A stretch of DNA of 64,000 nucleotides from Alphaproteobacteria bacterium (GTDB lineage Bacteria; Pseudomonadota; Alphaproteobacteria; RF32; CAG-239): contig JBGUWS010000023.1 of assembly GCA_045221335.1 (NCBI GenBank), positions 16,987-80,986 of the forward strand, given 5' to 3'. Positions 50,098 to 59,367 of this stretch are shown here, piece after piece. The stretch's first letter is position 1; each line of letters begins with the position of its first letter. The notes beneath the pieces were generated by a model. The model was not told the DNA's origin. It was given only the letters and a program-made list of their open reading frames with translations, and did no database searches. The translations under genes and the position numbers were made by a program.

Positions 50098-51183
50098 ATG
50101 ATGGGAAAAAAATCTAAAGAAGACGATGTTGTTAAAGAAAAAGATGAAGGCATGAAATGGGTTATTTTTGCCGATATATTAGGTGCTATTGTTATCGGTC
50201 TGCTAGTTTGGGCCAGTATGATAAAAGAAGAAACAACAGATGTTCAATCCGTTTCTCAGAGCAATAATGTTTCAGTACAGGTGGCTGATTTTCCCAATTA
50301 TGATTTTGATATGAGATTGGCTGATCAGGATTGCACAAATGTTGAGGGTTTGGTTAATGCTGTGCTTATTACGGATGCCAATTATATGGACTTTACTAGG
50401 GTTGCTATTAATTCGGCCAAACAAACCAAATGTCCAAACAGTGTTTATCATTTTTATGTGATGACGGTTGATGTTTCTCAAGCTGATGTCGCAGCATTGA
50501 AGGACCTGGAAAGTGAGAACGTTTCAGTTTCCGTTCTGCCACAAAAGGAAGTTGATTTATTCTATGTTCGCGATACCCATGTTTCGAAAGCATCTTTATT
50601 AAAATATTATATAGCAAGAGCTGTTCCTGAACTTGATAAAATACTTTATTTGGATTCGGATATTTTGGTGTTGCATGATTTAACCCCGCTTTATCGTGTA
50701 GATATTGATGATGTTTATTTAGCTGCGGTTAAAGATCCGTCATGGTTTTTTGAAAATACACATGTGCTGGAGCTTAATCTTGCAGAGCGCGGATTTTATT
50801 TTAATTCCGGTGTCATGTTGATGAATTTGAAAAAGTTCCGTGAAGACGGGCTTGAGAAAAAGCTTGAAGATTTTACCAACAATAATTTCCGTACTTACAT
50901 GGATCAGGATGCCTTAAACGTGATTGTGGGGAATAGTGTTAAGTTACTTGATTTTGAAAACAATGCGATGAATTTCTTTTTTGAACATATTGATATGGCA
51001 ACTTTAGGGCGTTTTTACGGACGTGAGTGGAAAACATATGAAGATGTCTTTTCGCCGGCAACGATTATTCATTTTGCGTCTTCAAAGAAACCGCTCGGGC
51101 CAACAGCGGATCAACGACAATTTTTCCGCATGCTACAAAGATTATGGTATAAGTACTACAAGGACTTACCACCTTTGCAGTAG
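50098..51183 (+). CDS. membrane-anchored family 8 glycosyltransferase (DxD motif in LYLDSDILV)
   Basis: One N-terminal TM helix followed by a GT8 fold. The track start at 50086 is a TTG overlapping the Shine-Dalgarno sequence; the real ATG is at 50098. Confidence 0.7.
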   Translation: MMGKKSKEDDVVKEKDEGMKWVIFADILGAIVIGLLVWASMIKEETTDVQSVSQSNNVSVQVADFPNYDFDMRLADQDCTNVEGLVNAVLITDANYMDFTRVAINSAKQTKCPNSVYHFYVMTVDVSQADVAALKDLESENVSVSVLPQKEVDLFYVRDTHVSKASLLKYYIARAVPELDKILYLDSDILVLHDLTPLYRVDIDDVYLAAVKDPSWFFENTHVLELNLAERGFYFNSGVMLMNLKKFREDGLEKKLEDFTNNNFRTYMDQDALNVIVGNSVKLLDFENNAMNFFFEHIDMATLGRFYGREWKTYEDVFSPATIIHFASSKKPLGPTADQRQFFRMLQRLWYKYYKDLPPLQ

Positions 51184-51188
51184 TAAGT

Positions 51189-52130
51189 TTATAGTAAGGA
51201 TAAGGCTTTTTTAGTATATTCAAGGAGAGTTTTATTACTTTCTGTTAAGGCCAGTTGTTCGTTTTCGTTCATAACAGGGATAAGGGTTTTTTCTATGCCG
51301 TTTCTGCTGATAATGGATGGCATGGAATAGCAAATATTCGGGTAATTTCCAATATTGTGTTCATGATGGGAACTGACGGTTAATATCATGTGATTGTTTG
51401 CCATGATTGAGTTGATAATGTGTTGTGTGGCGGCGGCTATGCCGTAATATGTCGAACCTTTACCATTGATGATGGTATAGGCTGCGTTTCTTACATCTTT
51501 ATCTATAGTATCTTTTATGTTCTTATCAAAGTTTTTGCCAAGTTGTTCGGCAATGCGGTAAATTTGTGTTGTGCCTGCCACAGCTCCGGACCATAGCAAA
51601 ACCTCACTGTCTCCGTGTTCTCCAATAACATTTGCGTGTACTGATGTTGGTGAAATACCGAGATATTTGCCAAGAGTACTACGAAAACGAGAGGAATCAA
51701 GAACAGTTCCTGTGCCAAATACTTTTGATTTTGGTAATCCGGAGAGTTTTAAGGCAATTTCGGTCATAATATCAACCGGGTTTGTGGCAATTAACAAGAT
51801 GGCATTAGGCGCGTATTTAACGGCTTGAGGGATGATGTTTTTAAAGATATCGACATTTTTATTTAGTAGATTAAACCGTGATTCCCCCGGTTTTTGACTC
51901 GCTCCGGCTGTGATAATGATAATATCGGTATCTTTTAGGTTCTCGTAGTCTCCGGTAATAACTGATGATCCTGAAGAAAAAGGTGCGGCATGAGAGATAT
52001 CCATGGCCTCTGCGACGGCTCTTTCTTTATTATGATCAATCAATATTAATTTTTCGGCTGTTCTGTTTGTAGCTAAAGAAAAAGCGATGGCGCTTCCTAC
52101 CATACCTGTTCCGATAATTCCTATTCGCAC
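51189..52130 (-). CDS. ldh: L-lactate dehydrogenase (LDH/MDH superfamily)
   Basis: GTG start with an AGGAGAGG Shine-Dalgarno sequence. Rossmann motif GIIGTGMVGS and IITAGASQKPGESR. Confidence 0.85.
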   Translation of the reverse strand: MRIGIIGTGMVGSAIAFSLATNRTAEKLILIDHNKERAVAEAMDISHAAPFSSGSSVITGDYENLKDTDIIIITAGASQKPGESRFNLLNKNVDIFKNIIPQAVKYAPNAILLIATNPVDIMTEIALKLSGLPKSKVFGTGTVLDSSRFRSTLGKYLGISPTSVHANVIGEHGDSEVLLWSGAVAGTTQIYRIAEQLGKNFDKNIKDTIDKDVRNAAYTIINGKGSTYYGIAAATQHIINSIMANNHMILTVSSHHEHNIGNYPNICYSMPSIISRNGIEKTLIPVMNENEQLALTESNKTLLEYTKKALSLL

Positions 52131-52464
52131 GATGAACCTCTCCTATTTTTTGCTTTTATGTAGTTATGAGTTGGCAAAAATAAAGAGAGGATAAATATAT
52201 ATCTTTTTTATAGGGCGGGTGCTCGGAATATAAATTTTAGGTTAACAGGTTATAAATAAAAGGTTAAATTGAGGTCAAATTTTGCCTTTTTCAGGTAAAT
52301 TTCGGTATGAGCTATCTTATTGAAAATAATTAAAAAACGCTTTAATTTTCAGGCAAAAAGTTGAAAAATGAAAAAAAAAGCTTGTCAAATAAATAAAATC
52401 CTTGTAGCGTTCTTCTCAGACGTTAGTCTAAAATTTGTTTTAATAATTTTTAGAGGTTAAATTT

Positions 52465-52701
52465 ATGACTGATAATACCGCTGATCGCGTTAAGAAAATT
52501 GTTGCTGAACATTTAGGTGTTGAAGAAACAAAAGTAACAGATAATGCAAACTTTATTGACGATTTAGGTGCTGACAGCTTAGATACAGTTGAGCTCGTTA
52601 TGGCATTTGAAGAAGAATTTGGTTGCGAAATTCCTGATGAAGCAGCAGAAAAAATTCTTACCGTAAAAGATGCAATTGATTATCTTTCAAAAGCTGCGTA
52701 A
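52465..52701 (+). CDS. acpP: acyl carrier protein
   Basis: [20 protein letters not shown] phosphopantetheine site. Confidence 0.95.
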   Translation: MTDNTADRVKKIVAEHLGVEETKVTDNANFIDDLGADSLDTVELVMAFEEEFGCEIPDEAAEKILTVKDAIDYLSKAA

Positions 52702-52711
52702 GTCTTTGGAT

Positions 52712-52748
52712 TTATCATAAGTTAGAACTCGCTCTACTTCTACAGCGA
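52712..52748 (+). terminator. hairpin AACTCGCT-N10-AGCGAGTT followed by T5 between acpP and fabF (attenuating terminator)
   Basis: Seen directly. Confidence 0.5.
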
Positions 52749-52820
52749 GTTTTTTCATATTAATTCTATCCGCAGGGAGAGCATTTGCTCTATCCTGTGG
52801 GTGGTTGAGATGAGGTTTTT

Positions 52821-54098
52821 ATGAGAAGAGTTGTCGTAACAGGAATGGGGGTCGTTTCTCCGTTAGGGAGAGGCGTTCAGCATAACTGGGATTCTTTAAT
52901 GTCCGGAAAGTCCGGCATCAGGCAGATTGATGACGTTGATTTGAAGGATATTCCGGTTAGAATTGCTGGTCGTGTTCCGTTTGGGGAGAGTGTGCCTTTA
53001 TTTAATCCGGATACGGTTTTACCATTAAAAGATCAAAAGAAGAATGATCGTTTTATCATGTTTGGAATGGCTGCTGCCGATGATGCCCTTCTTGATGCCG
53101 GCTGGAATGCCGAGACGGTTAGTGAAGAAGAAAAATATCGTGCCGGTGTGATGATGGGTTCCGGTATCGGTGGTCTGCAGACGATTTATGAATGTTCTTT
53201 GATTTTTAATGAAAGCGGTATGAAACGGATTTCTCCGTTTTTCATACCTTCAGTGCTCATTAACCTTATTTCAGGAAACGTTTCCATCAGGCATGGTTTG
53301 AAAGGACCTAATCATGCTTGTGTGACGGCATGTTCGACAGGAACACATGCCATTGGAGATGCAACAGCCATGATTGCTCGCGGTGATGCTGATTTGATGG
53401 TTGCCGGTGGAGCGGAGTCAGCTGTTAACGTTCTCGGCTTATGCGGTTTTTCCCGTATGAAAGCTATTACAGCAGAATTTAATGATAACCCCGAAAAAGC
53501 TTCTCGTCCATGGGATAAAAATCGTAGCGGTTTTGTTATGGGCGAGGGAAGCGGTGCCTTAGTTTTAGAAGAGCTTGAGCATGCTAAGAAGCGTGGGGCA
53601 AAGATTTATGCCGAAGTTGTCGGTTATGGTATGAGCGGTGATGCCTATCATATTACGGCGCCTTCCGGTGATGGTGCTTACCGCGCTATGAAAATGGCGG
53701 TGGATCATGCTAAGGGATGTGGTGTTGAGCTTTCCGATATCGGTTATATAAATGCACATGGAACATCAACACCTGCAGGTGATGTCGGTGAGGCTATGGC
53801 TGTTAAGCGGCTTTTCGGTGACGAAGGGGTTAAGCATGTTTCTATGTCTTCTACAAAGTCAGCTATCGGCCATCTTTTAGGTGCTGCCGGTGCGGTTGAG
53901 GCTGTTTATACCATCAAGGCTATTTTAGAGCAAACTTGTCCGCCGACTCTTAATTTGGATGATCCGGCAGATGAGGTAAAAGATTTTGATCTTGTTCCGT
54001 TAAAGCCAAAGAAGAGAGAAATTAAGGCGGCTATGTCTAATTCTTTCGGTTTCGGTGGTACAAACTCATCACTTATTTTTAAGAAATATAACGGTTAA
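52821..54098 (+). CDS. fabF: beta-ketoacyl-ACP synthase II
   Basis: Cys-His-His KAS fold motifs, following acpP. Confidence 0.95.
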   Translation: MRRVVVTGMGVVSPLGRGVQHNWDSLMSGKSGIRQIDDVDLKDIPVRIAGRVPFGESVPLFNPDTVLPLKDQKKNDRFIMFGMAAADDALLDAGWNAETVSEEEKYRAGVMMGSGIGGLQTIYECSLIFNESGMKRISPFFIPSVLINLISGNVSIRHGLKGPNHACVTACSTGTHAIGDATAMIARGDADLMVAGGAESAVNVLGLCGFSRMKAITAEFNDNPEKASRPWDKNRSGFVMGEGSGALVLEELEHAKKRGAKIYAEVVGYGMSGDAYHITAPSGDGAYRAMKMAVDHAKGCGVELSDIGYINAHGTSTPAGDVGEAMAVKRLFGDEGVKHVSMSSTKSAIGHLLGAAGAVEAVYTIKAILEQTCPPTLNLDDPADEVKDFDLVPLKPKKREIKAAMSNSFGFGGTNSSLIFKKYNG

Positions 54099-54105
54099 AC
54101 GTTAA

Positions 54106-55083
54106 ATGATAAGAATAATATTTAAGTATCTCTTGTTTTTATTGCTTTGTGCTTTATTGGCAGGGGGTGCTTTTTTTATGTATGCACAAAAAAAATATGA
54201 AGAAGCCTTTGATGTTGGACAAAGGCAAGAGATTATGGTTCCCAAGGGTAGCGGTGTTGCAAAAGTGGCACAGATTCTAGATGAATATAATGTTATAGAA
54301 GGGCCATATTGGTTTCGATTTTATGCACGTTTGAACGGTGTTGAAAACAGCCTTAAAGCCGGTGAATATGCCTTTGAAGGTAAGATGTCATATGATGATA
54401 TATTTCAAAAGCTCGTCAATGGCGATGTAATTGTCAGGAGTGTGACCATACCGGAAGGAAAGACTTTGGCCGAGATAAAAAAGATTATGCTGGAAAATAT
54501 ATATTTATCCGGTGATATCACATTAGATTTGAAAGAGGGCGAAATTTTGCCGGAGACGTATCATTTTGTCAGAGGTGATGAACGTGATATGATTTTAAAA
54601 AAGGCACGTCAAGCGATGAAAAAAACGCTTTCAGAAGCCTATATCGGACGACAGGAGGGATTGCCTGTTAAATCTGAGGAAGAATTGTTAATTTTGGCCA
54701 GTATTGTTGAAAAAGAAACAGGTATTCGTTCTGAGAGGGCAAAAGTTGCTTCTGTCTTTGTTAACAGATTGCGTTTGGGAATGAAGTTACAAACGGACCC
54801 AACGGTTATTTATGCAGTAACAAATGGTGAGATGAGCATCGGGCGGCCAATTTATAAGAGAGATTTGGCTTTTGATTCGCCTTATAATACTTATGTATAT
54901 GAGGGATTGCCGAAAGGACCGATATGCAGTCCGGGAAAAGAATCAATAGAGGCAGCAGCGCACCCTGAGAATACACCGTATCTCTATTTTGTGGCAGATG
55001 GGGTAAGTGGGGGACATCGTTTTTCGCGGACACTTTCTGAGCACAACGCTAATGTTGTGCACTATCGTCAGGTGGTACAATAG
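54106..55083 (+). CDS. mltG: endolytic murein transglycosylase MltG (YceG family)
   Basis: N-terminal TM helix and a YceG-like domain. Position after fabF. Confidence 0.85.
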   Translation: MIRIIFKYLLFLLLCALLAGGAFFMYAQKKYEEAFDVGQRQEIMVPKGSGVAKVAQILDEYNVIEGPYWFRFYARLNGVENSLKAGEYAFEGKMSYDDIFQKLVNGDVIVRSVTIPEGKTLAEIKKIMLENIYLSGDITLDLKEGEILPETYHFVRGDERDMILKKARQAMKKTLSEAYIGRQEGLPVKSEEELLILASIVEKETGIRSERAKVASVFVNRLRLGMKLQTDPTVIYAVTNGEMSIGRPIYKRDLAFDSPYNTYVYEGLPKGPICSPGKESIEAAAHPENTPYLYFVADGVSGGHRFSRTLSEHNANVVHYRQVVQ

Positions 55084-55088
55084 GTTTT

Positions 55089-55790
55089 TTACTTTGTCTT
55101 TTGGGGTTTTATGCTCTTTAATAAAAGATAGAGTTGATGGCATTTTTCTTTGGCATTGTAAAAGCTTTCTTTTCTCATCAAATTTTTTAATTCTCTGGTA
55201 ATATCGTCTTTTGGGGTGTTAAAAGTATAATAGGTTAAGGCATTTTTTCCCAGTTTATCTTTTATCTTAACGCGAAACTTGTTATGAGCTTTAATTTCAG
55301 CCTTTATGCCGGCTTTGATGAGGGCCCTTATGCTATAAACAGATTTTCTGTCACAAGCCCAAATTAAAGCTGTTCTTCCCATTTTATCCATAAGATTAAG
55401 ATTTATGTCTTCTCTTGCAAGGAGGGCATCAATGACTTCAGGGTTATCGTGTTGACAAGCCCACATCAAAGCGGTCAGACCGTTATTATCTTGGCTGTTG
55501 ACATCAATATCTTTATTTTTAAGTAAAAATTTGACGATTTCAGGTTGGTTGTAAAAACAAGCCATTGCTAAGGCTGTTTCACCTTCATAACCTTTGGCGT
55601 TGATATCTGCGCCATTTTCAAGCAATGCTTTGATAACTTCAAGGTTTCCGGTTATAACAGCAGCTGTCAAAGTTGTATTTCCGTAGCTGCCATCTTCTCT
55701 GGCGTTAACATCAGCTCCTTGCTTAACCAAATCTCGTACTTCTTCGGCGGTTTTGGCATAAAAGAGTTTTTTATCAAGCTCGCTTAGCAT
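55089..55790 (-). CDS. ankyrin-repeat protein (about five ANK repeats)
   Basis: Repeats TTLTAAVITGNLEVIKALLENGADINA and others. The ATG at 55790 is preferred: the track start at 55850 is a TTG that coincides with the -35 box. Confidence 0.8.
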   Translation of the reverse strand: MLSELDKKLFYAKTAEEVRDLVKQGADVNAREDGSYGNTTLTAAVITGNLEVIKALLENGADINAKGYEGETALAMACFYNQPEIVKFLLKNKDIDVNSQDNNGLTALMWACQHDNPEVIDALLAREDINLNLMDKMGRTALIWACDRKSVYSIRALIKAGIKAEIKAHNKFRVKIKDKLGKNALTYYTFNTPKDDITRELKNLMRKESFYNAKEKCHQLYLLLKSIKPQKTK

Positions 55791-55797
55791 ATTTTTT

Positions 55798-55886
55798 CCC
55801 TCAAACAAATCATACAGTGCAATTGTATCATCTTTTTTTATTGAGGTCAATGAGATTTATTATGAAGGTTTAGGGTAAAAAAACAC
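55798..55886 (-). repeat. promoter+5'UTR module copy 1: TTGACC-17-TACAAT ... GATTTGTTTGA, driving the ankyrin gene
   Basis: The ~95-nt stretch is ~80% identical to copy 2 at 56168..56248. Confidence 0.65.
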
Positions 55887-55911
55887 CCTCAAGCCGGTTG
55901 GCTTGAGGGTG
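55877..55911 (-). terminator. perfect 12-bp hairpin CACCCTCAAGCC-GGTT-GGCTTGAGGGTG plus U7 (minus strand), terminating the 72-aa gene
   Basis: Seen directly. Confidence 0.8.
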
Positions 55912-55932
55912 AAATATCATCTATAAGTGTTT

Positions 55933-56151
55933 TTATTTGCGATGAACATCAGCTCTACTGTTAATTATCATTTGAATAGGATCAAGCTTTTTGGAAGTAA
56001 CATTAACTTCTACCGGACTATCAATCAGCTTTTGAGTAGTTTCTGTGTCATCTAGAATTGAGTCAAGGGCTGTTCCTTTCTTCTTCTTCTTCTCTCTGAT
56101 GCGTTGTGCTGATTCTGCTGCTCTTTTTTCCTCATCCTCATCATTACTCAT
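55933..56151 (-). CDS. small charged protein (72 aa), hypothetical
   Basis: Strong AGGAG Shine-Dalgarno sequence, consensus promoter upstream and its own terminator. Confidence 0.5.
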   Translation of the reverse strand: MSNDEDEEKRAAESAQRIREKKKKKGTALDSILDDTETTQKLIDSPVEVNVTSKKLDPIQMIINSRADVHRK

Positions 56152-56167
56152 GGTCTTTCTCCTCTAT

Positions 56168-56248
56168 AAATTAACAAATCACCCTGTAATTGTATCATCT
56201 TTTTATGTTGTTGTCAATAAGATTTGTTGAAGTAAGGTTTAGGGATAA
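56168..56248 (-). repeat. promoter+5'UTR module copy 2: TTGACA-17-TACAAT ... GATTTGTTAA, driving the 72-aa gene
   Basis: Revcomp of 56212-56217 is TTGACA and revcomp of 56189-56194 is TACAAT. Confidence 0.65.
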
Positions 56249-56338
56249 GGAAAATTTGATAAAAGCTTTTTATCAACTATTTAAGGCAGAATTTTAAGCA
56301 GATTATCTAAGGCATTAAGCAAAGCACCACCGTAATCA

Positions 56339-59050
56339 TTAGTGTGCTTTGCCCCAATTATCACCAACACCGACTTCGGCAATCAGCGGTACCTTTAGAT
56401 CTATACCGATGACGTCTTCCATTTCTTTTTTGATGAGGGGCATTACTTTTTCAACTTCGTCTATGGGTGATTCAAAAACTAATTCGTCATGGACTTGGAG
56501 TAACATTTTGGTCTTATAGTCCTCTTTTTGTAATTTTGCCGCGATTTTTATCATTGCTTGTTTGATGATATCCGCAGCACCCCCTTGGATTGGGGCATTG
56601 ATGGCGGCGCGTTCAGAGAAGGAGGCTATTTGACGGTTTGTGTTTTGGATGCCGAAAATGCTGATTTTACGGTTAAACGGAGTTAAGACATAACCGTTCT
56701 TGCGCGCAAAATCAATTGTTTGTTCCATATATTTTTTAATTTCGGGCATATGTGCAAAATAGGCATCTATGTAATTTGCGGCAACGGATGCGGGAACATC
56801 AATTTCTTTGGCTAGACCATAAGCCGACATACCGTAGATGATACCGAAATTGATGGCTTTGGCGCGACGACGATGATCTGCATCGACATTTTCGTACGGG
56901 ATATTGAACACTTGGGAGGCTGTTTTACGGTGAATATCAACACCGGCTTTAAAAGCAGATTGCAAAAATTTGACATCAGCAATGGTGGCCAACAGGCGCA
57001 GTTCTACCTGAGAATAATCCGCGGCAATCAATTTATGATTAGGCTTGGCAATAAAGCATTTTCTAATTTCTCTGCCAATAGGTGTGCGAATAGGGATGTT
57101 TTGCAGATTAGGGTTTGAGGAGGCTAACCTTCCGGTATTAACGGAGATTTGGCTATATGTGGTGTGGACACGGTTTTGAGTGTCTATCAAGGATAGCAGT
57201 GCCGTGGTGTAAGTAGATTTGAGCTTTTGGTATTGCCGCCATTCAAGTATTTTTTGCGGGAGTTTATGTGTTTCTGCCATTTGCTCTAAAACTTCGGCGC
57301 TGGTATTAAGAGATCCGGAAGAATGTTTTTTACCTTTAAGACCTAATTTGTTATATAAAATTTCACCAATTTGTTTTGGGGAGCCAATGTTAAATTCTGT
57401 TCCGGCCAGAGCATAGATTTCTTGGGTAAGCTTTGTTGTTTCTGTATCAAATAAATAGTCCAGTTCTTTAAGTTTGGTGATATCCAACATCACGCCTTGA
57501 TTTTCCATATCGTGTAAGACAGAGACCAACGGGCGATCTATGGCTTCATAAACAAAAAGCTTTTTTTCTGGTAATAATTTGCCGTTAAAAAGCTGATATA
57601 AGCGCATGGTGTGGTCAGCTTCTTCTGCAAAGAAGGAAAGGGCTTCATTTAAGGGTAATGTTAAAAAATTTGTTTTTTTATATTCCGAATCGGCAGACTT
57701 TAGATTGAGTTCTAAAAATGAGGCACTTAAAGAGGCCAAAGTATGCGTGGCAGATGAGCTGTACAAATCATAGGACATGATGGCAACATCATCATAGGGA
57801 AAGGGTGTTAAATCCGTTTTTAACGCTTGTTCTAAAAGATGCCAATTATCCTTTAAGTTAAAAGAGATTTTTTTAACAGATGGATTTTCAAATAAAGGAA
57901 TTAAGAAATCTTGCAGCTCTTTTAGGCTAAGACCGGGGGATTTTTCGGGTGTTGAAAACAGATCTGCGGCGGGAGAAAGGCGCGCTATAGGCAGGTAATA
58001 AGCTTTGGCATTTTGCAGAGCAACGGAGATACCTAAAAATGTATTTTCCGTTGAGTGTGGCAGAAAAACAAAGCTGTTTTCTTTGAGTATCTTCTTATAT
58101 AGTTCGCGCAAATTATCTAAGGTTGTGATGAGCTGATAATCAGGTTTAATGGAAGGTGTTTCATCAGGCAAATCAGTACATTTCACCTTTAACCAATTTA
58201 GGGCCTTATTTTTTAGGCTTTTGAAGGCATGCCTGTCAATCAAACCTAAAAGGGTTTCTTGTTTTGGGGACATGCAACGCAAGTCCTGTAATTGAATTTC
58301 TACCGGTACATCTGCTTTTAAGGTAACAAGTTGATGAGATATAAGGGCATCTTGTTTGTGAGCCAGAACGAGTTCGCGACGTTTGTTTTGTTTTATTTCT
58401 TCGGCATGGTCCAAAACTTCTGTTAAAGAACCAAATTGATTAACCAGTTCTGCTGCTGTTTTAAGACCAATGCCGGGAACGCCGGGGATATTATCTGTAC
58501 TATCGCCGGCAAGAGCTTGTACGTCGGTAACACGTTCCGGGTAAACCCCAAATTTTTCCTTAACATCTTCGGGGGTGAAAAATTTATTTTTCATACTGTC
58601 ATAGAAGGTGACGCCCTCGCGAATGAGTTGCATTAAGTCTTTATCCGCGGAGACAATGGTAACTTCTTTTCCTTCTTCTAGAGCTAATTTTGTGTAGGTG
58701 GCGATAAGATCGTCAGCTTCATAACCTTCCATCTGAAGCCAATGGAGATTTAAGGCTTCAACAACTTCGTGAATGAGAGGAAATTGCGGTTTTAAATCCT
58801 CAGGGAGTTCGGGGCGGGTGGCTTTATAATCTTTGAAAATTTCATTGCGGAAGTTTTGCCGTTTGGCATCAAACAACACCAAACAATAGTCACAAGTGAT
58901 ATTTTGTGTCAGGCTTAAGAACATATTTAAAAAACCGTAGACGGCATTGACAGGAAGACCTTCAGGATTAGTCATTGTGGGACTCGCAAAAAAGGCTCTG
59001 AAAATATAGCCGGAACCGTCGATTAAACATATTTTTTCAGCCATTACCAT
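56339..59050 (-). CDS. polA: DNA polymerase I
   Basis: 5'-3' exonuclease, 3'-5' exonuclease and polymerase (motifs A/B/C) domains. AAGGAG as a Shine-Dalgarno sequence. Confidence 0.95.
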   Translation of the reverse strand: MVMAEKICLIDGSGYIFRAFFASPTMTNPEGLPVNAVYGFLNMFLSLTQNITCDYCLVLFDAKRQNFRNEIFKDYKATRPELPEDLKPQFPLIHEVVEALNLHWLQMEGYEADDLIATYTKLALEEGKEVTIVSADKDLMQLIREGVTFYDSMKNKFFTPEDVKEKFGVYPERVTDVQALAGDSTDNIPGVPGIGLKTAAELVNQFGSLTEVLDHAEEIKQNKRRELVLAHKQDALISHQLVTLKADVPVEIQLQDLRCMSPKQETLLGLIDRHAFKSLKNKALNWLKVKCTDLPDETPSIKPDYQLITTLDNLRELYKKILKENSFVFLPHSTENTFLGISVALQNAKAYYLPIARLSPAADLFSTPEKSPGLSLKELQDFLIPLFENPSVKKISFNLKDNWHLLEQALKTDLTPFPYDDVAIMSYDLYSSSATHTLASLSASFLELNLKSADSEYKKTNFLTLPLNEALSFFAEEADHTMRLYQLFNGKLLPEKKLFVYEAIDRPLVSVLHDMENQGVMLDITKLKELDYLFDTETTKLTQEIYALAGTEFNIGSPKQIGEILYNKLGLKGKKHSSGSLNTSAEVLEQMAETHKLPQKILEWRQYQKLKSTYTTALLSLIDTQNRVHTTYSQISVNTGRLASSNPNLQNIPIRTPIGREIRKCFIAKPNHKLIAADYSQVELRLLATIADVKFLQSAFKAGVDIHRKTASQVFNIPYENVDADHRRRAKAINFGIIYGMSAYGLAKEIDVPASVAANYIDAYFAHMPEIKKYMEQTIDFARKNGYVLTPFNRKISIFGIQNTNRQIASFSERAAINAPIQGGAADIIKQAMIKIAAKLQKEDYKTKMLLQVHDELVFESPIDEVEKVMPLIKKEMEDVIGIDLKVPLIAEVGVGDNWGKAH

Positions 59051-59060
59051 CTCCTTTTTG

Positions 59061-59082
59061 GGCTATACTAAATTACAGTCAT
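59061..59082. repeat. 22-nt direct repeat copy 1, GGCTATACTAAATTACAGTCAT, in the polA 5'UTR
   Basis: Core CTAT-N8-ACAG. Second copy at 59205..59226. Confidence 0.6.
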
Positions 59083-59204
59083 GATCGTTCTTTTTCTCCT
59101 TTATGTACGTTTATTTGTACACTGCAGTCGGAAAAGAACTTCCAGCACTGTAATTTATTTCAGCCGTTGTAAAAATTGTTGGGCAATTTCTTGTTTTTTA
59201 TTAA

Positions 59205-59226
59205 GGCTGTACTAAATTACAGTCAT
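59205..59226. repeat. 22-nt direct repeat copy 2, GGCTGTACTAAATTACAGTCAT
   Basis: Perfect CTGT-N8-ACAG palindromic core. Confidence 0.6.
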
Positions 59227-59367
59227 ATTATCTATGAAAACATTTTAATGCTTTTATGCGGTTTGGCAAAGGTTTTTTTATGGTTTTTAAGTGGGATTTT
59301 ATAGGTATTAACGTTTTTTTAGCTCCCTTTGGTGTATGATTCTCTATCTTTTGAGGTTTAGAGTGTC

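Noticed and set aside
55850-55850. TTG start of the ankyrin ORF given by the ORF track (also 50086, 3362, 62676 and 17, all TTG/GTG shown as M)
   Set aside because: The TTG at 55850 is the first base triplet of a TTGACC -35 box. Downstream ATGs with Shine-Dalgarno sequences (55790, 50098, 3377, 62655) are better starts. Position 17 is an internal codon of a gene that runs off the window.
56320-56355. Hairpin GCAAAGCAC...GTGCTTTGC at the polA 3' end as a terminator
   Set aside because: It overlaps the polA stop codon and last codons, and the minus strand has no U-run after it. It is more likely coding-sequence coincidence.
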